From an uncultured Lachnospiraceae bacterium (GTDB lineage: Bacteria; Bacillota; Clostridia; Lachnospirales; Lachnospiraceae), in contig CAMOTR010000060.1 of NCBI GenBank assembly GCA_946625945.1, positions 6,510-70,509 of the forward strand: a DNA stretch of 64,000 bases, written 5' to 3'. The notes under the pieces were generated by a model that worked only from the letters and a program-made list of their open reading frames with translations, did no database searches and had not been told where the DNA came from. This document shows positions 26,357 to 35,815 of this stretch, in pieces (position 1 is the stretch's first letter; every line of letters begins with the position of its first letter). Position numbers and translations under genes: made by a program.

Positions 26357-27154
26357 CTACTCCGTCAATCCTTCCTTCTTCAGCCGCTTCCCCTCCCGCA
26401 CGCCGTCACACAGCCAGCGAAAAGCCCTGCCTGGATCCGCTTCAGAGCGAATGTTCCTCTTCGTGACATAGCGTAATCCGAACGGCACCGCCATTACACC
26501 GTACAGGTAATGATATAAGACACCTCTGTCATAAAAAAACTTTTTATCATACCCCTTAAACCAGCTGGACTCCCCGGCCACCTCTCTGCCGATCAGCACA
26601 GGCGCCGTATAAACAAGGCAGCCCCAATCCATCAGTTCCTTCAGAAACAGATTGTCCTCACCGTTACTGAATCTTGCGCCCCCGCCGAACAGAAGGGAAA
26701 ACTTCACCCCCGACTGCTCCAGCACCTTCCTGCGAACGGCAAAGCTCACCGCGCCGTATCTGCCGCAATTGTACCAGCGCACCCGCTTCCTGTCTGTGAT
26801 AAAATAAGTTCTCCGGGACTCCTCCACCTGTATATTGAACAGGATCATATCGGCCTTTGGATTCGCCGCAAACTCCCGCTCAATGGCCTGTGCGTAGCCG
26901 GGTTCATACACAATATCCTCATCAGAAAAAAGGCAGATGTCACCATCCGCCCTCTCTATCGCTGCATTCCGGCTTTTCCCGATCCCACGCTCCGGAAAGG
27001 AATAAAATCGAATCCTCCCACCCTTGTATTCCATCTCCTCATAACCTAGCCTGTCGCACTGGTTAATGATCACCGCGTCGGATTCCAGCCGCATCTGCTC
27101 TACAAGCGTCTCCATATTCTGATTCATCCCTGAAACCAGAACCTCCACACTCAT
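26357..27154 (-). CDS. GT2/GT-A glycosyltransferase
   Basis: IINQCD, GIGKSRN, FSDED, GED. Confidence 0.85.
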   Translation of the reverse strand: MSVEVLVSGMNQNMETLVEQMRLESDAVIINQCDRLGYEEMEYKGGRIRFYSFPERGIGKSRNAAIERADGDICLFSDEDIVYEPGYAQAIEREFAANPKADMILFNIQVEESRRTYFITDRKRVRWYNCGRYGAVSFAVRRKVLEQSGVKFSLLFGGGARFSNGEDNLFLKELMDWGCLVYTAPVLIGREVAGESSWFKGYDKKFFYDRGVLYHYLYGVMAVPFGLRYVTKRNIRSEADPGRAFRWLCDGVREGKRLKKEGLTE

Positions 27155-28203
27155 CTCCGTCCTCCGGGCAATAAATAGTAGCTCCTGATCAGCTTTTCAT
27201 CCGCCTTCCACAAGAGCACTGCCGTCACGGCAATCTCCTGCGTCCGCAGGAACTCCAGCAGATACTCCAACGGTTTTCCCGCATGCAGTCCCGCAGGTAC
27301 TGCCAGCAAGACGCCGTCCGCCTGCCGAAGCAACTCCAGATCCCGCTTTTCACGAATAGGGGCCGCTGCCGTCTTCCATTCAGTCTCCCGCAATCCATTC
27401 GCCTCGTCTCCGGCATTCTGCAGTTTTTCCTGCAAAGCCTTTGTCACATTCTGTAAATCTGTTTTCTCCTCTGTCGAACAGACCGCCAGACATTTCTTAC
27501 CTTTGCATAAATGCCCTGCATTCTGCACGAATTCCGCGCTCTGCAGCGTACCTAGCACAGGAAGTCCGTATCTTCTCCGCAAGGTTGCCGGCAGCCAGAT
27601 GCTGTCCGCCCCGATCTCCCGCAACAAAAAGATCACCACCGCAAAGAAACAGGAGAGCACCGCGCTCAGGATCACCGCCCGAAGCGGTCTCACATCCGGA
27701 TAGACCAACGTCACATCCGACACATCGATCACCTGTGCCGCAGCAAGCTCCGGCGTGATCTCCACAAACGCCCCCGTCACCACATTCTGTACCGCTTGGG
27801 AGATCGGCGCTACCTGATCCTGTTCCAGACAGCTGACCGTAAAAGAAGGAACATGGATATCCGATGCCACCCGCGCCGACAACTGATCCGCATTCACAAC
27901 GGCTTCCCCGTCGCTCAACAGAAGCGCCCGGAATTCATCAGAATCCACATACGTATTCCATGTCATATCATTGATATAATAATCCCCCGACTGAACCGGC
28001 GGATTCGTGTACTCCAATTTGCATGTGATCGTCTGCTCGTAGCGGGGCTTCTCCCCCAACAGCACATTTTTCACATAATATCCGCCGCCGAACAAAATTG
28101 TGCCCAACAGCGAAAATAAAAGGATCCACCTCAGACTGCGGAACAGACGCAACACCGTCAGCCGCAGGTCAAAAGGCTCTGCCATATAATTACCTTCCCA
28201 CAT
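27151..28203 (-). CDS. Wzz/CpsC-like polysaccharide co-polymerase fused to a degenerate kinase-like domain
   Basis: FDLR N-terminus, two TMs around an external loop, YGLPVLG, then ADGVLLAV...VTAVLL with no Walker A. Confidence 0.65.
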   Translation of the reverse strand: MWEGNYMAEPFDLRLTVLRLFRSLRWILLFSLLGTILFGGGYYVKNVLLGEKPRYEQTITCKLEYTNPPVQSGDYYINDMTWNTYVDSDEFRALLLSDGEAVVNADQLSARVASDIHVPSFTVSCLEQDQVAPISQAVQNVVTGAFVEITPELAAAQVIDVSDVTLVYPDVRPLRAVILSAVLSCFFAVVIFLLREIGADSIWLPATLRRRYGLPVLGTLQSAEFVQNAGHLCKGKKCLAVCSTEEKTDLQNVTKALQEKLQNAGDEANGLRETEWKTAAAPIREKRDLELLRQADGVLLAVPAGLHAGKPLEYLLEFLRTQEIAVTAVLLWKADEKLIRSYYLLPGGRR

Positions 28204-28218
28204 CCGCGTCTTCTCCTG

Positions 28219-29793
28219 CTATGCCTTTGATGCCTTGCGTGCCTTCTGCGCCCCCGTTTTTTGTCTCTCCTGCGCTTCCAGGATATCGCTCAGATCCGGC
28301 ATTGCCAGCGTATCGTCAGAGATTGTCTTTGGAAGAATCTGCCCCGCTTTGGACACTCTGCCGCTTTCCCTCTTAAATGCCGTCACCTGCTCGCTCTCCA
28401 CGCCCTCCGTGCTGTCAGGCCAGAACAGAACCTTCAGTGTCAGGAGCATCAGCTTCAGATCCAACCACACCGAATAGTGTTCGATATAATACAGATCCAG
28501 CTTCAGCTTATCATAAGGCGAAGTGTTATACTTTCCGTAAACCTGTGCAAACCCGGCAAGACCGGCCTTCACCTTGGTACGGTAGATAAACTCCGGCATT
28601 ACTTCCACATACTGCTTGATGATCTCCGGTCTCTCCGGCCTGGGACCAATAAAGGACATATCCCCTCGCAGAATATTCACCAGCTGCGGCAGCTCATCAA
28701 TCCTGCATTTGCGGATAAATCTCCCGATCGGTGTGATCCTGTCGTCGTTTTTTTGCGCCAGTCTCGCCACGCCATCCTTCTCTGCATCCGTGCGCATACT
28801 GCGGAACTTCATGATCCGGAACTCCCGCTGATCCCTGGTACACCGGATCTGCTTGTACAGCACGGGACCGCCGTCATAGGCTTTGATCGCAATAGCCGTG
28901 AGCAGCATGATCGGAGAGGTCAGCACCAGAAGGATCACGGAACAGATCAGATCGATGCTGCGTTTGATAAACCGCTGTTCCATACTCAGACTGAATTCTC
29001 TGGTCAATAGCATGGGCGAATCAAAGATATGCAGTTCCTCCGCACCGCCCAGAATAACGTCCGTGATCTTGGGCATCACATAGACGCGAATGGATTTCCC
29101 ATAACAGAACTTTAAGAGCCTGTTGCGCTCCGCCGTGGATACATCCCACACAACCACCGCCGTACATTCTCCGGTCTCGTAGCTTCTTGTGATCTCCTTG
29201 CAGATACGGTCCACGCCTTCTCTGACGCATAAGGTTTTCTGGATCACATATTTATCATGTCTGCTCTCAAATTTATTGTAGATATCTGCAATGGAACGCT
29301 CCCCATGCACCAATAACAGCTTCCTCGGCGGGAAGATATTCCGGTATAACCGGTTGGCTATACTGGTGTATACGATCACCGTGATGATCTGTTCCACCAG
29401 CATCATCAGGATCACATCCGGTGCAAACGGCGCATGTGCCATGATAGACAGCTCCACGTAGATAAACATCAACGCCAAAATTGTGGAAAACACCTGCGAA
29501 AAAATCAATTCCACCGTCTTCAGATACCCCAGCCGCATACCGCCGTACATGGCAGTCAGAAAGATCAATAACAATCCGTAAAAGGCAATCTCCACGATAT
29601 GTCCCTTGTATCCGAAGTTTCTCAGCGATTCCACCACGTCAAACTGGAAATGTGTCAGCCAATGATAAGCAAATATCCCTATCTCCAATGCCACACACAG
29701 GATCGTCATCCCCAGATTGATCAGACGTTTAAAGGATTCCATCCGCCTCAATTTATTTTGTGTTGCGATATATTCATTGGTATGTGTATTCAA
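28219..29793 (-). CDS. Priming polyprenyl glycosylphosphotransferase (CpsE/WcaJ-like)
   Basis: KRSID, KFRSM, DDRIT, IDELPQ, GDMSFIGPRPERP, DLYYI. Confidence 0.92.
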   Translation of the reverse strand: MNTHTNEYIATQNKLRRMESFKRLINLGMTILCVALEIGIFAYHWLTHFQFDVVESLRNFGYKGHIVEIAFYGLLLIFLTAMYGGMRLGYLKTVELIFSQVFSTILALMFIYVELSIMAHAPFAPDVILMMLVEQIITVIVYTSIANRLYRNIFPPRKLLLVHGERSIADIYNKFESRHDKYVIQKTLCVREGVDRICKEITRSYETGECTAVVVWDVSTAERNRLLKFCYGKSIRVYVMPKITDVILGGAEELHIFDSPMLLTREFSLSMEQRFIKRSIDLICSVILLVLTSPIMLLTAIAIKAYDGGPVLYKQIRCTRDQREFRIMKFRSMRTDAEKDGVARLAQKNDDRITPIGRFIRKCRIDELPQLVNILRGDMSFIGPRPERPEIIKQYVEVMPEFIYRTKVKAGLAGFAQVYGKYNTSPYDKLKLDLYYIEHYSVWLDLKLMLLTLKVLFWPDSTEGVESEQVTAFKRESGRVSKAGQILPKTISDDTLAMPDLSDILEAQERQKTGAQKARKASKA

Positions 29794-29927
29794 GACTATC
29801 CCTCCGGGATGCGCAGTCCTCTCTGCGCACCATCATGCATTAGTATAACATATTTTGTCCAAAGGGTATATAGAAAAACCGATTCTTAAGATAAATTAAG
29901 GTTTTATAAGCATTTTCAGATAAATGA

Positions 29928-30695
29928 TCAGATCCGGCGGGACACCGCCCGGACTGCCCAAAAGCAAAAATTCCAGACACTCTCAGGCAGACTTAAGCCC
30001 TCCACCTTGCGGTAAAGGTTCCAAATCCGGCGAATCGCCTCCAGCTTGTTGGAGGAAAGCGTCCTGCCTGCCCTCCGGTATCTGACCAGATTTTCATCCA
30101 GGCCGTATGCCATATAGCCGTTCCTCAAAATTTTCCACCAGAGTGCGGTATCCTCGCTCTTCACTTTGGGCATTTCCAGCAGTTCTTTTGCGATCACCGC
30201 TGTGTCAAAAAGTACCGTAGATGTAAAAATGGTGGTATTTTTCAGCGCCTGATGATAATTCATGTGCTCCGGCACACGCACGATCTTCCCCGTGCCCTTT
30301 CCGTTCTCATCCGCAAACTCATATCCCGTGAACACAAACCCTGCCCGGTTTCGCTCTGCAAACAAAAGCTCCTTTTCCAGCTTCTCCTTCTCCCACAGAT
30401 CATCCGCATCCAAATAGGCGATATATCGCCCCTTCGCCTGCAGCAGTCCCTGGTTGCGGGCATTGGCCGCGCCGCCGTTTTCGGGAAGGCAGATCAGCCG
30501 GACCCTCTCATCCCGGATCCGCTCCAGATAGGCCTCCAACAGCTCCCTTGTACCGTCCGTACTGCCGTCCTCCACCAGAAGCAGTTCCCAATCCTGCCAG
30601 GTCTGTGTCAGCACGGAATCCACCGTATCCCTGATATAATCTTTTACATTGTAAACCGGTATGATCACACTGACCGTTTTCCCAATATCTGACAT
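29928..30695 (-). CDS. GT2 glycosyltransferase (TuaG-like)
   Basis: VSVIIPVYN, YLDADDLW, SED, LSSNK. Confidence 0.88.
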   Translation of the reverse strand: MSDIGKTVSVIIPVYNVKDYIRDTVDSVLTQTWQDWELLLVEDGSTDGTRELLEAYLERIRDERVRLICLPENGGAANARNQGLLQAKGRYIAYLDADDLWEKEKLEKELLFAERNRAGFVFTGYEFADENGKGTGKIVRVPEHMNYHQALKNTTIFTSTVLFDTAVIAKELLEMPKVKSEDTALWWKILRNGYMAYGLDENLVRYRRAGRTLSSNKLEAIRRIWNLYRKVEGLSLPESVWNFCFWAVRAVSRRI

Positions 30696-30699
30696 AAAT

Positions 30700-31575
30700 T
30701 CACACTTTCATCAACAGATAATATTGCTCCAATTCCACAACCTGCGCCCAATTCACGCTCTCCGGGTTAAAATCGACTATCCCCTTCGGGAGCAGCACAC
30801 AGTTCGCCCCCATGGAAAATGCCTTCTCCACATTGCTCCGCAGTTTCTTCCCGTTTCCGTCAGCAGTTTCCTCCATCCACTCATACAGCTGATGTAGCTC
30901 CTCCGGGTAGCCATCATAGGTATAGGCATTGAGCGCTTCGTCCCACATATTTCTGCCATACAAAAGCTTTGGGATCGCTCCTGCCATCCCGGCCGTTTCC
31001 CCCTGCAGACGTGCATACTCCATAATTTCCCGGGGCGCCCAGAGACAGATCTCCGCATCCGTGCGAAACATCATATTTTCCCGCACTTCCCGCAGCACAT
31101 CCGCCGCCTCCAGACGGGTCTCCTCGCTGACCGGAGCATATCCGTTTCCGTCTGTGCCGGAAACCGCCCACTCTATTCCCAGACCTCCGCATATGGAAAG
31201 CACCAAAATACAGGATACCGTCAGCACAAGATTAAAGAAAAACCCCCTAAGTCCTGCATTTCTGCGCCAATGCTCCTGCAGGATCACGACACCGCCGAAT
31301 GCGATCAGCGCCGTCACAGGAACAATGCTCCAGATAAACGGATAATCATAAAAAGCGGTCTGATATTTCATGAGTATCGCCGCCGTTCCGGGAAACAAAC
31401 ATGCACCGGCCGCCACCGCACCGTAATAGATCAGTTTTCTGCGGCCGCCAACCATCGCCCTTCCCCGCTCAGAAAAAAGAAGATACAACAACACCGCGAT
31501 CAGAACCGCAGGCAGCTTTCCTTCCGTGATAAAATTACGCCATCCCTGCCAGGCAGGCTGCATCCACGCAGTCAT
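30700..31575 (-). CDS. Membrane protein of unknown function
   Basis: About 4 TMs plus an external domain; RBS GGGGAG; operonic spacing. Confidence 0.65.
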   Translation of the reverse strand: MTAWMQPAWQGWRNFITEGKLPAVLIAVLLYLLFSERGRAMVGGRRKLIYYGAVAAGACLFPGTAAILMKYQTAFYDYPFIWSIVPVTALIAFGGVVILQEHWRRNAGLRGFFFNLVLTVSCILVLSICGGLGIEWAVSGTDGNGYAPVSEETRLEAADVLREVRENMMFRTDAEICLWAPREIMEYARLQGETAGMAGAIPKLLYGRNMWDEALNAYTYDGYPEELHQLYEWMEETADGNGKKLRSNVEKAFSMGANCVLLPKGIVDFNPESVNWAQVVELEQYYLLMKV

Positions 31576-31578
31576 TGT

Positions 31579-32559
31579 CTACTCCCCCTTTCTCACGACG
31601 CGCAAAGCGCCTCTTTTTCTCCGCAGCAGCAAGCACAAAGCCCCCATGCCCGCCGTCACCAACACGCACGTCCCCATGCCGTAAAAAGTCCAGACGATAC
31701 ACGCCTCCGCCGCCACACACAACAGCGTTCTCTTCCATTTGCCCCGAAGCGTCAGCCCTAACGTATAGGGCACCAGAATGCCGTTTCGTATGGTGATCCC
31801 CCGATATCCGCAATACAAAAGCCCGTATCCATCCATTCCAAACATATAATTTCCTACGAAAAACACAGCTGCCACCACCGCCATGAACAGCAGCCGCTTT
31901 TCCCTGTCCTTCCCTGTAGGAAAAAGAACCCGGGCGATCGTCCAATACGCCAGATAGGTCAGAAACAGCACCACCACCGGCATCCATCGGGTCAAAAGCA
32001 CATAGCACAGACCACCACCTCTTTGCACATCCCCGGCCGCAACGCCTGCCAGCCGGCACAAGATCGCGTAAAATGTCGGTAGCCCCAGAATCTTTATCCT
32101 TTTGGGCACGCCAGCCGTATAGGCCTGTCCTGTCAACGGATTGACCGCATAAACCTGCCCTGTCTCCAAAATACTCTGCACGGTTTCAATCGTCTGGTCC
32201 CCTTTGAGCACAACCGCATCCCCAAATGCAACCGTGATCACCTGAAACAGCACGATCAGCCCAAAAACAAGGGCGATCCCCGCCAGAGTGGGGGTGATAT
32301 CCTTCCCTGCGAGCTCCCTGCCGGATCCTTCCTTCTCCTGACGTCCCGGCTCTCTGCCTCGCGCATTCTGCCGGAACAGAAGCACCAGACTTGCCACAAA
32401 ACAGATCACGACTCCCGCCACAAAACAAATGACCGCATCAGAAAAAGGCCGATGACCAAACACCATCAACAGATGTCCGGTCTCGGCCATTCCCAAAGTC
32501 AGAAGAAAGCCTGTGATTATGTTGTCTGTCAGCGAACCGATTCTTGAAGTCAGTTTCAT
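31579..32559 (-). CDS. Polytopic membrane protein, DUF6077-like
   Basis: Multiple TMs; GDQT...VNPLTG loop; operonic. Family assignment is from recollection only. Confidence 0.5.
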   Translation of the reverse strand: MKLTSRIGSLTDNIITGFLLTLGMAETGHLLMVFGHRPFSDAVICFVAGVVICFVASLVLLFRQNARGREPGRQEKEGSGRELAGKDITPTLAGIALVFGLIVLFQVITVAFGDAVVLKGDQTIETVQSILETGQVYAVNPLTGQAYTAGVPKRIKILGLPTFYAILCRLAGVAAGDVQRGGGLCYVLLTRWMPVVVLFLTYLAYWTIARVLFPTGKDREKRLLFMAVVAAVFFVGNYMFGMDGYGLLYCGYRGITIRNGILVPYTLGLTLRGKWKRTLLCVAAEACIVWTFYGMGTCVLVTAGMGALCLLLRRKRGALRVVRKGE

Positions 32560-32594
32560 ATCCGCCGCTCCTCATCCTACACTTTTCTCTTTTG

Positions 32595-32972
32595 TTACAT
32601 TGCCTTAAAATCAAGACGCACCTTATCTGCAATCCGCGCAATATACTCGCTGTTGGTCGGTCTCACATTACCTGTCCGCGCAGAGTATCCGAACATCGCC
32701 TCAAAAGTCTCCGCATTGCCCCTATCCCAGGATACCTCTATCGCATTGCGGATCGCGCGCTCCACCTTCTGCGACGAAGTCTTAAACCGCTTTGCGATCA
32801 CCGGATACAGAAGCTTCGTAATACTGCTGACCGCCTCCATATCCCTCCCTGAGATCATGATCGCATCCCTCAGATAATGATAGCCTTTCAAGTGCGCCGG
32901 TACACCGATATCGAGCATGATACCCGTAATATACCTTTCCAGCTCGACATCCTTTACCGTTGTAATGTCCAT
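32595..32972 (-). CDS. Stand-alone Spo0A C-terminal DNA-binding domain protein
   Basis: GVPAHLKGYHYLRDAI, ITKLLYPVIAK, VERAIRNAIE, PTNSEYIA. Only 125 aa, no receiver domain. Confidence 0.9.
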   Translation of the reverse strand: MDITTVKDVELERYITGIMLDIGVPAHLKGYHYLRDAIMISGRDMEAVSSITKLLYPVIAKRFKTSSQKVERAIRNAIEVSWDRGNAETFEAMFGYSARTGNVRPTNSEYIARIADKVRLDFKAM

Positions 32973-33037
32973 GACAGAATCCTCCTTTTATTTTTTGTCA
33001 GATAGTGCCTGTTTTTGTTCCTGCCTGGAATTATTTT

Positions 33038-33088
33038 ATCATAGGTGTCGAGCCACAAAAAAGTCCATTTTATCAAAGAATTTCGTCA
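33038..33088 (-). promoter_or_regulatory. Candidate promoter with 0A-box-like sites
   Basis: Minus strand TGGACT-18 bp-TATGAT. TGACGAA on the minus strand at 33082-33088 and TGTCGAG on the plus strand at 33046-33052. Confidence 0.4.
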
Positions 33089-33137
33089 AAAAGGTACCTA
33101 AAAGTAGCCATTCTGACAAAATATTATCAAACTCCCC

Positions 33138-34067
33138 TTAAATTTCCTCTTTTACCAGGTAGATGGGACGTTTTTTTACCTCCAGATAGGTTCTGGCAAG
33201 ATACTGCCCCACTATCCCGGTACAGAAAAAGTTGATCCCGCTGGTTAACAGAATGATACACACCATCGACGGCCACCCGGAAACCGGATCACCGAAGATC
33301 AGCTTCCGCACGATAATAAAGATGATCATCAAAAAGGCAACCAGGCACATGACCACGCCCATGACGGATGAGATCATTAACGGCGCCGTGGAAAAGGCGA
33401 TGATACCGTCAAACGAATACATGAGCAGTTTCCAGAAACTCCATTTAGTCTCGCCTCTGGCCCGCTCCACATTCTCATATTCCACCCATTTGGTACGAAA
33501 TCCGACCCAGCCGAAAATCCCCTTTGTAAAGCGGTTATACTCCCGCATGGAAAGGATGGCATCCACCATCTGTCTGGTCATCAGCCGATAGTCTCTGGCG
33601 CCGTCCATCATCTCTGTCTTGGAGATCTTCTTCATCAAACGATAAAATCGTCTCGCAAAAAAACTGCGGATCGGCGGTTCTCCCTTTCTGCTGACCCGTC
33701 TGGTGGCCACGGAATCGTATCCTTCTTTGATCCCGGCAAACATTTCCGGCAGAAGCGACGGCGGATCCTGCAGATCCACGTCCATGATCACCACATAATC
33801 CCCCCTTGCCTTCTCCAATCCAGCGAACATGGCCGCCTCTTTCCCGAAATTACGCGAAAAAGACACCAGATGGACACGCTCGTCCTCCGCGATCAGTTTT
33901 TTCACTTCCGTTACCGTCGCATCCCTGGATCCGTCATCTATATAAAGCAGTTCTACTTCAATTTCATTCTGTCGAAAAAAGGAGTCATTTTTCATAAGCT
34001 CCTGATAAAACAGAGCCACGCTGTCCTCCTCATTATAGCAGGGCACGATCACACTTAACAGACTCAT
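33138..34067 (-). CDS. GtrB/CsbB-like bactoprenol glycosyltransferase (GT2)
   Basis: IVPCYNEE, FSRNFGKEAA, MDVDLQDPP, DYRLM, WVGF and two C-terminal TMs. Start moved to ATG 34067. Confidence 0.9.
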   Translation of the reverse strand: MSLLSVIVPCYNEEDSVALFYQELMKNDSFFRQNEIEVELLYIDDGSRDATVTEVKKLIAEDERVHLVSFSRNFGKEAAMFAGLEKARGDYVVIMDVDLQDPPSLLPEMFAGIKEGYDSVATRRVSRKGEPPIRSFFARRFYRLMKKISKTEMMDGARDYRLMTRQMVDAILSMREYNRFTKGIFGWVGFRTKWVEYENVERARGETKWSFWKLLMYSFDGIIAFSTAPLMISSVMGVVMCLVAFLMIIFIIVRKLIFGDPVSGWPSMVCIILLTSGINFFCTGIVGQYLARTYLEVKKRPIYLVKEEI

Positions 34068-34096
34068 ATTTCCTCCCATGATCCAATCTATTTTCA

Positions 34097-34169
34097 AGTA
34101 TACTATCCATTTGAAAATTGCGCAAGACTAATATATTTTATGGACTTTTACCTTAAAATACGTTATACT
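34097..34169. promoter_or_regulatory. Back-to-back sigma-A promoters
   Basis: Minus strand TTGCGC-17-TATACT (34125 to 34097). Plus strand TGGACT-17-TATACT (34141-34169). Confidence 0.55.
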
Positions 34170-34194
34170 GAAAAAGGAAATTTGAGGAGGATCA

Positions 34195-34665
34195 GTGCAA
34201 ATGAACTTTTTTCAGGAGTTACTTCACAATACGATTTTTGTCAGCGCAGCCATGGGATGGCTGGTTGCTCAGTTTTTAAAGACGATGATCCATCTGTTTT
34301 TTACCAAGAAATTTGTAGCTGAAAGACTTGTGGGAAGCGGCGGCATGCCCAGTTCCCACTCTGCAACCGTCTGTGCCCTGTGCACGGCAACCTCCTACCA
34401 GTATGGTCCGGGAAGTTTTGAATTTGCTGTGTGCATGATCTTCGCTCTGGTCGTTATGTATGACGCCATGGGTGTGCGCAGAGAAACCGGTATTCAGGCG
34501 GGACTGCTGAACGATATCGTGAAGACTTTCTCCGAAATGGGCCACGACGAATTTGATGCAACCGAGAAGCTCAAAGAATTCGTGGGACACACTCCCCTGC
34601 AGGTTCTTGTCGGTGCTATTCTCGGTATTTTGATCGCTATCATAGTAGAGGTTTTCCAAAGATGA
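34195..34665 (+). CDS. Divergent PAP2-family protein (DUF212/YuiD-like)
   Basis: GSGGMPSSHSA, VMYDAMGVRR, LKEFVGHTP. Confidence 0.88.
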   Translation: MQMNFFQELLHNTIFVSAAMGWLVAQFLKTMIHLFFTKKFVAERLVGSGGMPSSHSATVCALCTATSYQYGPGSFEFAVCMIFALVVMYDAMGVRRETGIQAGLLNDIVKTFSEMGHDEFDATEKLKEFVGHTPLQVLVGAILGILIAIIVEVFQR

Positions 34666-35813
34666 CCAGATATCCCGTATATCGATTTCTAATTCCCACC
34701 GTAATACTTTTGACATTCGCCGGATGCCGGATCCAGCAGCCTTCCGTAGAGACTGTTGTCCCGGAATCCGGTTTCTTGCATGAAACGTTACAGCCGCTTC
34801 CCAGCGATTCCATAGATTCCACCATTCGTATTGTCACGGAGGACGATACCCTTCCCCCGAAACAGGATATGGTACGCAGTCCCCTGACCAACGAGTGGGT
34901 GACTCCCGAAGTAGCGGAAATGCGCCCCATAGCAGTCATTGTACCCAATGAGTCCCGTGCACTTCCGCACTATAATCTCTCCAAAGCATCCATCCTCTAT
35001 GAAGCCAACGTGGAGGGAAAAACGAGCCGCATGATGGCGGTTTTTGAGGACTGGCAGGATCTGGTCCGCATCGGAAACATCCGCAGCGCCAGAACTTATT
35101 ACGCATACTGGGCGTTTGAGTGGGATGCCTTTTTGGTACATTACGGTGGTCCTTACTACATCAATGAGCTTATGGCGGAGGAAACCACAGAAAACATAAA
35201 CGGCCTGGCCGGCTCCGCCGAAGCCTTCTACCGCTCCAAAGACCGTCCGGATCCACATAATGTATATGCAGACGGAAAATTGCTGCTCCAGAGCATCAAG
35301 AAGCAGCATTATCAATTAAATTACCGGGGGCTCACCGACCCGCAGCATTTTCAGTTTGCGCCAAAGGCGCAGCCCAACGCCTTGACGCAATACGGCAGCA
35401 GCGCTGCCAACGCCACTTACATCGACCTGTCCGGGTGTTATCCTTTAACCCGCTGCTATTTCGAGTTCAATGAAGAAGATGGGCTCTATTACCGTTTTCA
35501 GCACCTCTCCGGCGGCATAGACGAGCCCCACTGCGACGCAGACGGCACCCAGCTCTCCTTCAAAAACATCCTGGTGCAGTACATCAGACAGGAGGTGCTG
35601 GATCAGAAGGGCTATCTGGCCTTACAGTGCGAAGACGACACCGAAGACGGCTGGTTTTTCACGAACGGCAAAGGAATTCATGTGAGCTGGGAAAAAGACA
35701 GTGATTACGGCGCCACCAAATTCTATGATGACGCCGGAAATGAGATCGTATTAAATACCGGAAAGACAATGATCTGCGTTGTCAACGAGACCGACTCCCT
35801 GACCTTCCGCTGA
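34662..35813 (+). CDS. DUF3048-family (YerB-like) lipoprotein
   Basis: Lipobox FAGC, RPIAV, YEANVEG, IRSAR, PHNVY. Confidence 0.75.
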   Translation: MTRYPVYRFLIPTVILLTFAGCRIQQPSVETVVPESGFLHETLQPLPSDSIDSTIRIVTEDDTLPPKQDMVRSPLTNEWVTPEVAEMRPIAVIVPNESRALPHYNLSKASILYEANVEGKTSRMMAVFEDWQDLVRIGNIRSARTYYAYWAFEWDAFLVHYGGPYYINELMAEETTENINGLAGSAEAFYRSKDRPDPHNVYADGKLLLQSIKKQHYQLNYRGLTDPQHFQFAPKAQPNALTQYGSSAANATYIDLSGCYPLTRCYFEFNEEDGLYYRFQHLSGGIDEPHCDADGTQLSFKNILVQYIRQEVLDQKGYLALQCEDDTEDGWFFTNGKGIHVSWEKDSDYGATKFYDDAGNEIVLNTGKTMICVVNETDSLTFR

Positions 35814-35815
35814 TC

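Noticed and set aside
32595-32972. Calling this gene spo0A or a spo0A pseudogene
   Set aside because: No receiver domain or remnant upstream, it has its own RBS, and the usual spoIVB context is absent.
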